Positions 40,636 through 52,313 of a stretch of DNA of 64,000 bases are shown in pieces. A program made the translations under genes and the position numbers. The first letter of the stretch is position 1, and each line of letters begins with the position of its first letter. Origin of the DNA: an uncultured Gammaproteobacteria bacterium (GTDB lineage: Bacteria > Pseudomonadota > Gammaproteobacteria > CAZYIF01); NCBI GenBank assembly GCA_964646995.1, contig CAZYIF010000010.1, positions 4,133-68,132 on the forward strand, in the 5' to 3' direction. The notes under the pieces were generated by a model, which was not told the origin of the DNA, made no database searches, and saw nothing but the letters and a program-made list of their open reading frames with translations.

Positions 40636-43092
40636 ATGTCTAGAGCGCTTGCTATCAAGAGGGCACTCGAATCCGGTGATATTGCTCAAACACTTGAACT
40701 TTTTGCACAGGCAGGAAAAACACGGGACATCAAGCTTAGACTTCCTCTCAATGAAGCACTTACCGCAGATGAACTTCTGCTACTGCTGGTGCTGAAAACC
40801 GCGTGGTTTGACCAGGGAAATAAAAAAAAGGGATACCTGGCAAGAGCACACCTATCACGTCAAACGCAACTCGACATCAGCGCTGCTCTGACTGCGTTCG
40901 CCGCGCAAAATCACGGAGAAATTAATCCCGCAAAGCTTCACTTAGTGCGCACCCTTGCTGAAGAAAACGGGGAACCACTACCAAATGCCAAAGCGCTTGA
41001 GCTCACTCAAGACTTGCTTGCGCATATGGACCTACATGTTTGTCATGAAATTCGCAAGTTTTTCAACAAAGAGGCGCACTCATTATTAGGGATCCCAAAA
41101 CGCTGGTTATACCGCACAGGACACGTCTTGGCAGGTATTGTCGCTATTTGCTACGGCTTAGCGACAGGAGCTACGCTATTTTTCATCTTAACCAATATGG
41201 GTTTGCTTTTGTCTGTTGCGATTATCGTTGGTATTTTCGCGTTTTATCACACGTCATCCACAAATTATTATTTTGTCGCTAGAGAATTATCTGCCATATT
41301 AACCGGTCGCCGTTTTTGGCGATACATCGATGAAACCACCGGAAAACGCAAGAGGTTGAGCAGAAAAAGCATTCTATACGCGGGCCTAGGCGCCGTCACG
41401 ATCGCAGCAGCTTCAGCGTCGATGGCGTTACTCAATTACCCCCTGCTTTTAAAATTTTTCCTCTTTGTCGGTTTAATCAAAGCGGGAGCATTTGGCATTT
41501 TACCGCTACTTCTGATCAGTCTAACCGTAATCGTTGCTGTCTGTGAGTTTCTCGCGTTCTCTAAACGTATCACTATGCTTGCGAGAAAAGGTGATTTGCT
41601 ACAATCCATAAGGAACTATTACACGCGTCTTTTCGACCACAACAGTGCGCGTTACAAACGCTATAGCAATCGCAAAGAACGCGCACGACGTGACAAAATA
41701 TACACGTATAGTTTTCTTACGGTGGCTTTTTTTCTGATCACTGCTGGGCTTGGCATGAGTATGGCAGTAAGCGCTATAGGACTGGGATTTACGGTGATAC
41801 CTGTTATTGTGATAACGCTATTTGCTACGTTGATATTGTTACCTTCTTACTTGCTAATCGCCGCAAAAATAATTGAAAAACTCTGTGTTACGTCTATAAC
41901 AACAGACGAAACCGATGCCGCATCGATGACACTTTCGCGTAAAATATATAAGGTGTGCAAAAGCATAGGCGAAGTGCTCATGAGTCTGCCCGTTTTACGT
42001 AAAATGAAATGGGTTTACGATTACTCTGCCGCACGCAGGGCACGTCAACGAATCAAAGCCCAACATCCAAAAATCGTCGCGTCGCTTGAAAGGTATCACA
42101 TTGATCCGCTACATGTAGCGGTTGAACAGCAAGCAGACAAGACGCATATTCACTTTTTGCAAACAAACACGACGTACAAAGCACGCAGCGGAGCACTGCA
42201 AAATAACGCTATCTTGGGTGCGCGCGTAGAACAAGCCGCGAATCCTACGGGAGTTTATGCAACGATAGCTTCGCTTCCCACTGTGGACAATGAACAAAAC
42301 GGCGTAGCTTCCCGTGTACGTCAGAATAGGATCAATACGATGAGGCAAAGCATCGCCACAAAAATGAATGTCTTTACTCGTAGCAAAACGATTACGCCTT
42401 CGCAAAGAGTAGATTCCATGCAGAGATCAACGTTGTGTTGGGCGGTTTTTTGGCGGCAAAAAGAAGCGCCTAGTGCCGTGCCACTGTCTCCTAACAACGC
42501 CGCCGGCACGTCAGCATCTGCAAATGCGCGTGCGTGCCATATTAATTTTTCTGGTAGCTACGTCGATCCATCCGAACTTAGTCAATATAAAGGTGCCGGC
42601 AAAGAAGTAACAAGCCATACGCAAGAAAAATTCAAGATACAGATGGAAGAAACAGGCTATGGTAAGGCCATGTATATCCACAGCCAAAAAACACAAGGCT
42701 CAGAAGAGAAACGCATGGCAACCATGTTGGAGATGGTCATGAGTGTACTCAGTACTTGCCCTGAAACATTGGTCTTAAAGGGTGATCCTTATATGGTGGA
42801 AGCGGGAAGGCTATTTGCAGAAATCATTAAAAGCGAAATGAAGAGACGATCGGGTTATGACTTCGAGATCATTGCGCAACCCATTTTTCCCACAGGTATT
42901 AGTAAACGCATGGTTACTGCCAGAGCCTCGGCGTTTATAGCAAAACTGGACTATTGCTGGGAAAAGTCTACTCCTGCAAGCAGCGGCAAAAATAGCGGTA
43001 ATATCATTAAAATATTACAAGAAAACACGAAACGATTACACTGTAGACATCCCTCGCAAAGAACCTCACGAGACATATCGTTGAGGACATAA
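40636..43092 (+). CDS. large hypothetical multi-pass membrane protein (818 aa): soluble N- and C-terminal domains flanking about 6-8 TM helices
   Basis: Single long ORF that looks AT-richer than neighbouring core genes by eye. Hydrophobic stretches between about aa 160 and 440. No recognisable catalytic motifs. Confidence 0.5.
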   Translation: MSRALAIKRALESGDIAQTLELFAQAGKTRDIKLRLPLNEALTADELLLLLVLKTAWFDQGNKKKGYLARAHLSRQTQLDISAALTAFAAQNHGEINPAKLHLVRTLAEENGEPLPNAKALELTQDLLAHMDLHVCHEIRKFFNKEAHSLLGIPKRWLYRTGHVLAGIVAICYGLATGATLFFILTNMGLLLSVAIIVGIFAFYHTSSTNYYFVARELSAILTGRRFWRYIDETTGKRKRLSRKSILYAGLGAVTIAAASASMALLNYPLLLKFFLFVGLIKAGAFGILPLLLISLTVIVAVCEFLAFSKRITMLARKGDLLQSIRNYYTRLFDHNSARYKRYSNRKERARRDKIYTYSFLTVAFFLITAGLGMSMAVSAIGLGFTVIPVIVITLFATLILLPSYLLIAAKIIEKLCVTSITTDETDAASMTLSRKIYKVCKSIGEVLMSLPVLRKMKWVYDYSAARRARQRIKAQHPKIVASLERYHIDPLHVAVEQQADKTHIHFLQTNTTYKARSGALQNNAILGARVEQAANPTGVYATIASLPTVDNEQNGVASRVRQNRINTMRQSIATKMNVFTRSKTITPSQRVDSMQRSTLCWAVFWRQKEAPSAVPLSPNNAAGTSASANARACHINFSGSYVDPSELSQYKGAGKEVTSHTQEKFKIQMEETGYGKAMYIHSQKTQGSEEKRMATMLEMVMSVLSTCPETLVLKGDPYMVEAGRLFAEIIKSEMKRRSGYDFEIIAQPIFPTGISKRMVTARASAFIAKLDYCWEKSTPASSGKNSGNIIKILQENTKRLHCRHPSQRTSRDISLRT

Positions 43093-43129
43093 GCAGTATG
43101 TTTCTAGCCAACATGCAAAAAACTAGGAT

Positions 43130-43290
43130 TGTGAGAACTATTTTTTGTGGATGTAAACAAAAATTTATAGACCTATACAAAGTATGTGTGCACGGTCACC
43201 CAAGGGGAGAAGCGCGCTTCTCTCCTTGGGAAAGCCCATTGCGTAGAGAACACTGCAAAATGCAAAAAGCGCATTTTGAAGTGTAACGGG
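43130..43290. repeat. inverted-orientation copy of the intergenic repeat family (hairpin + palindrome)
   Basis: The reverse complement reads caaaatgcgctttttgcattttgcagtgttctctacgcaatgggctttcccaaggagagaagcgcgcttctcccc, nearly identical to 36961..37040. Confidence 0.75.
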
Positions 43291-43386
43291 TATATACCGC
43301 GAGCAAGTGAATTTTAGGGGTGATGCCCAAAGGTAACAGACTTCATTGAGTGGGCGAGCACCTAAATTATTCGCTCGCGGTATATC
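43289..43386. repeat. MITE-like element: about 22-bp terminal inverted repeats (ggtatataccgcgagcaagtgaatt / aattattcgctcgcggtatatc) flanking about 50 bp
   Basis: The left arm 43289..43313 and right arm 43365..43386 are reverse complements with 2-3 mismatches. An inner nested inverted repeat is ttaggggtg/cacctaaa. Confidence 0.5.
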
Positions 43387-43469
43387 GTGATGATTAGCGT
43401 TAAAGTTCCTCTGGCCATTGCATGGCACAATGAAATACGCGGAGTATTTCAGGGGTTGGGTGAAAGAGC

Positions 43470-43500
43470 ATGCGGTGAATAGACCCTATATTCACCGCAT
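43470..43500. other. perfect 12-bp-stem hairpin (atgcggtgaata-N7-tattcaccgcat)
   Basis: Exact reverse-complement arms. No downstream U-tract. Confidence 0.4.
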
Positions 43501-43850
43501 ATTAAGCGGCGATAAAACTTGAAATTGCGGCGAAAATTCTTAATTTATGGTCACTCACAAAGACGTTGGGTAGCTCATGCCAACAGGTCGTATAGCGTGG
43601 TGAGCGGTTAATGGCTTTATGCCGCCAATTAGGTGTAAGTCCAATAGCCGCGCTAAACATCGTGTCACAGCCATAGCGACAGTTAATAGCATCCATCGGC
43701 GCTGGTGCAACGACAACAATCGACGTGACAATTTAAATTTTCATCCAGCTATGTATAGTGGACCCATCAAAATTCGCCTCTTGGAGTACGTGCGGTATAT
43801 AACGCAAGGTGCACCATCAATATCAAACGTATTGTCTTTTATTAAGCGGA

Positions 43851-45224
43851 CTATGACTTCTCGCGCTCTGTCTTATGCGGCGCATGCCAGTGTGGCAGCG
43901 TTTTTTGTGGTGCACGGGTCAAGGTGAGTTGAGCGGCGGGCGCGTCTTTGCTGATGACAGAACCGGCCCCTACCGTTGCGCCGCTGCCGATGGTGAGCGG
44001 TGCGATGAGTGAGACATTAGAGCCGATGAAGGCGCCATCTTGAATGACGGTTTGGTATTTGTTAACGCCGTCGTAATTACAGGTAATTGTGCCGGCACCG
44101 ACATTGACGTGCGATCCTAGTGTGGCGTCACCGATATAGCTTAAATGATTGACTTTGCTGTGGGCGGCGATGTGTGATTTTTTGATTTCAACAAAATTAC
44201 CGACGCGTACGCTGTGTTCTAGCTGTGTGCCCGGACGAATGCGGGCAAAGGGTCCGATGTGACAATTGGCTGCGATACTTGCGCCCTCGATGAGGCTGAA
44301 TGCTTTGACGTGTACATTGTCCGCAATCGTTACATTGCGCAGAATCACATTCGCCTCAATAGACACACCGTTGCCTAACGAGACTTCGCCTTCGATCAAC
44401 ACGTTGCTATCTAGCGTTACGTCTTTGCCTACGCGCAATACCCCGCGTATGTCTAAGCGACTGGGATCTTTGCAGGTTACGCCCTGCAACAGTAGCGCTT
44501 GTACTTGGCGTTGTTGGTAGTAACGCTCGGCTGTGGCAAGTTGCATTTTATCGTTAATGCCGCTGATTTCTATGGCCTGTTGCGCGCGCACACAGTGTAT
44601 GTTGCAGCGGTTTGTGGCGGCCAATGCGACAATGTCGGTGAGGTAATATTCGGCTTGGGCATTCCTATTATCCAGTTGCGGTAGCCAGTGTTGTAATTGT
44701 GATGTGCGTGCACTCAGTATGCCACTGTAAATTTCGGTAATTTGTTGTTGCAGGGGGTCGGCATCTTTGTCTTCGATAATTTGCAGCACTTGGCTATCGG
44801 CATCACGTAACACGCGACCAAAGCCACGGGGGTCGTCAACGCGGGCGGTCAGCAAGGTTAAATCGGCCGTTTGCTGTAGCACCTGTTGCAGGGTGGTGGT
44901 GGTAATCAGGGGCACGTCACCGTACAGAACCAGCACCTGCGATACGGGATTAAGGTGTGGTAATGCGCATTGCAAGGCATGGCCCGTACCGGCGACGGGG
45001 GCTTGCAACACCCAGTGTATATCGGGTTGTGCCGCAAAATAATCGTGTACTTGGTTGGCGCCGTGGCCATAAACCACGTGTATACGGGTAGGATTCAAGC
45101 TGCGCGCGGTTTCTAGCACATGCGCTAATAAGGGTTGATGCGCTAAGGGATGCAATACCTTGGGCAGCGACGAGCGCATCCTAGAACCTAAACCAGCGGC
45201 GAGGATAACAATTTCTAGTGACAT
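43851..45224 (-). CDS. glmU: bifunctional UDP-N-acetylglucosamine pyrophosphorylase / glucosamine-1-phosphate N-acetyltransferase
   Basis: MSLEIVILAAGLGSRMRSSLPKVLH N-terminus. C-terminal hexapeptide-repeat acetyltransferase domain. I place the start at 45224, with AAGGAG 7 nt upstream. The track start at 45272 is overextended. Confidence 0.93.
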   Translation of the reverse strand: MSLEIVILAAGLGSRMRSSLPKVLHPLAHQPLLAHVLETARSLNPTRIHVVYGHGANQVHDYFAAQPDIHWVLQAPVAGTGHALQCALPHLNPVSQVLVLYGDVPLITTTTLQQVLQQTADLTLLTARVDDPRGFGRVLRDADSQVLQIIEDKDADPLQQQITEIYSGILSARTSQLQHWLPQLDNRNAQAEYYLTDIVALAATNRCNIHCVRAQQAIEISGINDKMQLATAERYYQQRQVQALLLQGVTCKDPSRLDIRGVLRVGKDVTLDSNVLIEGEVSLGNGVSIEANVILRNVTIADNVHVKAFSLIEGASIAANCHIGPFARIRPGTQLEHSVRVGNFVEIKKSHIAAHSKVNHLSYIGDATLGSHVNVGAGTITCNYDGVNKYQTVIQDGAFIGSNVSLIAPLTIGSGATVGAGSVISKDAPAAQLTLTRAPQKTLPHWHAPHKTEREKS

Positions 45225-45265
45225 AAGACGGCTCCTTGGCGTAAGGAAGATAGTCGGGTGTCTGC

Positions 45266-45697
45266 TTAGCACCGGTTGGCGTTATCGCGTGCCTTTTGAA
45301 TCGTTCTGAGCTGGGCAACGGCTTGTGCCAGCTCGGCGGCGACGAGTGCATAGTTAAAATCACTGTCTTTTTTATGTAGCAACTCTTCGGCTTGTTGTTT
45401 GGCGCGTTGCACCCGCTCTTCATCTAACTCGGCCGCAGGCACTGCGATGTCAGCTAAAATGGTGACGCAAAAAGGCAATACTTCGATCAAGCCGCTTGCC
45501 ACATAAAAAAAGTGTTCTTCTTGTGTAGGCAAACACACGCGCACAGTGCCGTGTTTTAACAACGACAAAAACGGTGCGTGTTGCGGGAAAATACCGACTT
45601 CACCCTGTGACGCAGGTGCGATCACGCAGCGCGCCTCACCCGTAAACAGCTGGCGCTCTGCGCTGATAATTTTTACCTGTATCGTTTTATCACTCAT
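45266..45697 (-). CDS. atpC: ATP synthase F1 epsilon subunit
   Basis: 143 aa. N-terminal beta-sandwich (IISAERQLFTGEARCV) followed by a helical hairpin. Last gene of the atp operon. Confidence 0.9.
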   Translation of the reverse strand: MSDKTIQVKIISAERQLFTGEARCVIAPASQGEVGIFPQHAPFLSLLKHGTVRVCLPTQEEHFFYVASGLIEVLPFCVTILADIAVPAAELDEERVQRAKQQAEELLHKKDSDFNYALVAAELAQAVAQLRTIQKARDNANRC

Positions 45698-45711
45698 TGC
45701 TACAGACCTTA

Positions 45712-47112
<1,401 letters not shown>

Positions 47113-47143
47113 TCAAATTATGTTTCTTGGCTATATAGCCCCA

Positions 47144-48004
47144 TTACACCGCTGCTGCACCGGCAACAATCTCGGTCAATTCCGTGGTGATTGTCGCTTG
47201 GCGCGCCTTATTATAGGAAACCTGCAGTTCCGCAATCAGGTCGCCCGCATTCTCGGTCGCATTGCGCATCGCCAGCATCTTGGCGGCTTGTTCGCACGCT
47301 AAGTTTTCGACTACCGCTTGATACACCTTGGCGCTCACGTAACGACGCAGTAGTACATCCAAAATGTCGCGTGCGTCTGGTTCATACAAGTAATCCCAAT
47401 GGTGATCCAAGCGCGGTTCTGGCATGGGCGGAATAGGTAACAGTGGTTCGATTAACGGACGCTGTGACATCGTGTTGATGAATTTGTTATACCCTAAGAA
47501 CAGGGCATCGATTTCGCCGTTAAGATAGGCGTCTAGCATTACCGTGATGACCCCGGACAAATCTGCGGCGCGCGGCTTGTCACCCAAATGATCCACAGCA
47601 GCGCTGATGTTGCGGGTAAAGCGCGGAAAAAACGCCTTTGCTTTGCGCCCGATTAAACTCAAACACAGAGTCTGGCCACGTTGTTCCAGGGCCACAAACT
47701 CTTTGACTAAGGCTCTAAATAAATTGGCATTGAGGCCGCCACAGAGTCCCTTGTCGGTACTGACAATGATGTAACCGCAGCGCTTAATCTCACGGTGTTG
47801 CATAAATGGGTGTACATACTCGGGATGACTCTTGGCTAAGTGCCCCACGACATCCTGAATATGCTGGGTATAGGGATCCGAAGACGCTCTTAACAATTGC
47901 GCCTGGCGTATTTTACTGGCCGCGATCATTTCAGTGGCACGCGTGATCTTTTGCGTGCTCTTGATGCTGGCTATTTTTGCGCGTATCTCTTTACCACTTG
48001 CCAT
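47144..48004 (-). CDS. atpG: ATP synthase F1 gamma subunit
   Basis: 286 aa. MASGKEIRAKIASIKSTQKITRAMEM-like N-terminus. C-terminal helix ITTELTEIVAGAAAV. Confidence 0.93.
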   Translation of the reverse strand: MASGKEIRAKIASIKSTQKITRATEMIAASKIRQAQLLRASSDPYTQHIQDVVGHLAKSHPEYVHPFMQHREIKRCGYIIVSTDKGLCGGLNANLFRALVKEFVALEQRGQTLCLSLIGRKAKAFFPRFTRNISAAVDHLGDKPRAADLSGVITVMLDAYLNGEIDALFLGYNKFINTMSQRPLIEPLLPIPPMPEPRLDHHWDYLYEPDARDILDVLLRRYVSAKVYQAVVENLACEQAAKMLAMRNATENAGDLIAELQVSYNKARQATITTELTEIVAGAAAV

Positions 48005-48013
48005 GTTATATGC

Positions 48014-49555
48014 CTACCATGCTTGCGTTTGTTTAAACGTTTCGATGATCTGTTTAAACTGCGCGATAACTTCGTCGTTATGTACCGGATTGGCATCGAC
48101 TTGGGCGAGGAAGTTGCGATGTTCGCTACGCACATACGCCAGCAAGGCATGCTCAAATGCAACGACTTGTTCTAAGGCGACTTGATCGAGAAAGCCTTCG
48201 CCCACGGCGTAAAAGACTAATCCGATTTCCGCTACGCTAAGGGGTGCATATTGCTGCTGCTTGAGTATTTCCATCATGCGCTGCCCGCGTTCTAATTGTT
48301 TGCGCGTTGCATCATCGAGCTCCGACGCAAACTGGGCAAAAGCAGCTAACTCCCTGTACTGCGCTAACGCAATACGCACCGAACCGACTAACTTCTTGAT
48401 TAATTTTGTTTGTGCGGCACCACCAACACGCGAGACTGATAAACCGGCGTTAATTGCAGGACGAAACCCTGCGTTAAATAAACTGGTTTCCAGGAAAATC
48501 TGTCCATCGGTGATAGAGATCACGTTGGTTGGTACGAAAGCGGAAACGTCTCCCGCTTGTGTTTCAATGATAGGTAGCGCAGTGAGCGAGCCGGTTTTGT
48601 CTTTTACTGCACCGTTGGTTTGCTGTGAAACGTAAGCGGCATTGACGCGTGCAGCGCGTTCTAGCAAACGTGAATGCAAATAAAATACATCACCGGGATA
48701 AGCTTCACGTCCGGGTGGACGACGCAATAATAAAGCGATTTGACGATAAGCCCAGGCTTGCTTGGTGAGGTCATCGTAGATGATAAGGGCGTCTTCGCCT
48801 TTATCACGGAAGTATTCGCCCATCGCACAACCCGCGTAAGGGGCGATATATTGCAGTGCAGCAGAATCGGATGCGTTAGCGGCGACGATGATGGTATGCG
48901 CTAGCGCGTCGTGTTCTTCTAATTTGTGTACCACATTGGCAACGGAAGAGGCTTTTTGTCCGATGGCGACATAAATACATTTCACCCCGGTGTGGCGTTG
49001 ATTAATGATGGTGTCTATGGCAATAGCTGTCTTACCCGTTTGTCGGTCACCGATAATTAATTCGCGCTGCCCACGACCGATAGGAACCATGGTGTCTATG
49101 GACTTTATGCCGGTTTGTAACGGTTGATCAACCGATTGCCGGGAGATCACGCCGGGTGCTACTTTTTCAACGACCGAGCGGCCTTGCGCGGCAATCGCGC
49201 CTTTGCCATCAATCGGGCTGCCCAAGGCATCTACCACACGGCCCAATAACGCTTCACCCACGGGTACTTCTAGCATTTTGCCGGTACATTTTACGGCTTG
49301 GCCTTCTTGTAAACTTTCGTAGGGGCCGAGTACCACTGCACCGACTGAATCGCGTTCTAAGTTGAGTGCCATGCCGTAAATATTATCGGCAAACGCTAAC
49401 ATTTCGCCTTGCATCACGTTTTCTAAACCGTGAATGCGCACGATACCATCTTGCAAGCTGATGATGCTACCTTCGGTGGTTGCTCTAGGCGTAGTATCAA
49501 AATTCTCAATACGTTGCTTGATGAGGCCGCTGATTTCTGACGGATTAAGTGACAT
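48014..49555 (-). CDS. atpA: ATP synthase F1 alpha subunit
   Basis: 513 aa. P-loop [15 protein letters not shown]. Confidence 0.97.
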   Translation of the reverse strand: MSLNPSEISGLIKQRIENFDTTPRATTEGSIISLQDGIVRIHGLENVMQGEMLAFADNIYGMALNLERDSVGAVVLGPYESLQEGQAVKCTGKMLEVPVGEALLGRVVDALGSPIDGKGAIAAQGRSVVEKVAPGVISRQSVDQPLQTGIKSIDTMVPIGRGQRELIIGDRQTGKTAIAIDTIINQRHTGVKCIYVAIGQKASSVANVVHKLEEHDALAHTIIVAANASDSAALQYIAPYAGCAMGEYFRDKGEDALIIYDDLTKQAWAYRQIALLLRRPPGREAYPGDVFYLHSRLLERAARVNAAYVSQQTNGAVKDKTGSLTALPIIETQAGDVSAFVPTNVISITDGQIFLETSLFNAGFRPAINAGLSVSRVGGAAQTKLIKKLVGSVRIALAQYRELAAFAQFASELDDATRKQLERGQRMMEILKQQQYAPLSVAEIGLVFYAVGEGFLDQVALEQVVAFEHALLAYVRSEHRNFLAQVDANPVHNDEVIAQFKQIIETFKQTQAW

Positions 49556-49571
49556 AGTCCAACCCTTTTAT

Positions 49572-50123
49572 TTACATTAATTCTTGAGTCAAGCGCTGCA
49601 ATCTGCCGCGAATAGACCCATCGATAACGATATCCCCAGCACGAATAATCGCGCCACCTATTAACTGTGGTTCAATAACCAATGACAAATGTACTTTACG
49701 TTGCAGGCGTTGGCTTAAGGCTTGGCGCAACACTTCTTGCTGTGTTGGGTCAAGCGCCAATGCCGAGGTAATATTCACACGGACTTCGCGTTGATGGTCT
49801 GCCACTAAAGCATCAAACACAACGGCGATAGTGGGCAGCAGCGTCAAGCGACGATTGTCGAGGAGTAAGCGCAAAAAATTGTCTGTGAGCGGCTGTAAAG
49901 CGCTGACACTTGCCTGCACTGCCGTCGCTGTTTCACTGATGAGCGTCAGCAATTGGGTGGATACAATACGTGGATCGGTCAGGAGTAATGCCAAGCGACG
50001 CTCACTGACAATCTGCGCCAGTATATGTAAGCAGTCACGCCATAACGGCAGTTGTTGCTTAGCCAGGGCTAATTCAAACACTGCATTGGCATAGGGCCTG
50101 GCTAACGTTGTGTTGTTTGCCAT
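49572..50123 (-). CDS. atpH: ATP synthase F1 delta subunit
   Basis: 183 aa, OSCP-like. Operon position between atpF and atpA. Confidence 0.85.
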   Translation of the reverse strand: MANNTTLARPYANAVFELALAKQQLPLWRDCLHILAQIVSERRLALLLTDPRIVSTQLLTLISETATAVQASVSALQPLTDNFLRLLLDNRRLTLLPTIAVVFDALVADHQREVRVNITSALALDPTQQEVLRQALSQRLQRKVHLSLVIEPQLIGGAIIRAGDIVIDGSIRGRLQRLTQELM

Positions 50124-50127
50124 AGAC

Positions 50128-50598
50128 TTAGATCTCTGTTGCCAACGTTGCTAATAACTTCGCATCGGACTGCACATCGATCTTGGCGGTTAAGATTTTC
50201 TCTGCGCCAAGGACTGCGAGTTCAACCACCCGTTGTTGCAATGCGTGTTTGGCGCGCTCGACTTCGTGTGCAATGTCAGCTTTTGCGGCTAACAGTATAC
50301 GCTGACCTTCTTCTTTGGCTTGGTGCTTGGCTTCTTCTACAATTTGCTGGGCTCGCTTATCGGCTTGTTCCAGCAAGGCGCTGGCCTGTTGACGTGCCTG
50401 CTGCAATTGCAAATCTATCTCTTGCTTAGCATGTTGTAACGCCTGTTGGCCTTGTGTTGCTGCCGCTAAACCATCCGCAATGGTTTTTTGACGATCGGCG
50501 ATAGCCGCAGTGATGAGCGGCCACACAAAGCGCATGGTAAACCAAACAAAGATGGCGAAGGTGAGCATTTCACCGAATAAGGTCGCATTAAGATTCAC
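50128..50598 (-). CDS. atpF: ATP synthase Fo subunit b
   Basis: 156 aa. Single N-terminal TM followed by a long Ala/Gln/Glu-rich coiled coil. Confidence 0.88.
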   Translation of the reverse strand: MNLNATLFGEMLTFAIFVWFTMRFVWPLITAAIADRQKTIADGLAAATQGQQALQHAKQEIDLQLQQARQQASALLEQADKRAQQIVEEAKHQAKEEGQRILLAAKADIAHEVERAKHALQQRVVELAVLGAEKILTAKIDVQSDAKLLATLATEI

Positions 50599-50617
50599 TG
50601 TGCTTTCTCCGAAATGA

Positions 50618-52229
<1,612 letters not shown>

Positions 52230-52313
52230 CGCGGCGCGACTCGCGTCGTGTGTTTTTTACTAGCCTGTTAGTGATTGTGGTTTGATGCAATTACTCTATA
52301 ATCGGCGTTTTTC

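Noticed and set aside
43098-43286. 62-aa ORF MFLANMQKTRIVRTIFCGCKQKFIDLY...
   Set aside because: It is entirely contained in the inverted repeat-family copy, and its sequence is dictated by the hairpin and palindrome. No RBS.
43502-43927. Two overlapping small ORFs (64 aa minus strand, 102 aa plus strand) between the repeats and glmU
   Set aside because: They are low-complexity, overlap each other on opposite strands, and have no RBS. More likely a non-coding spacer.
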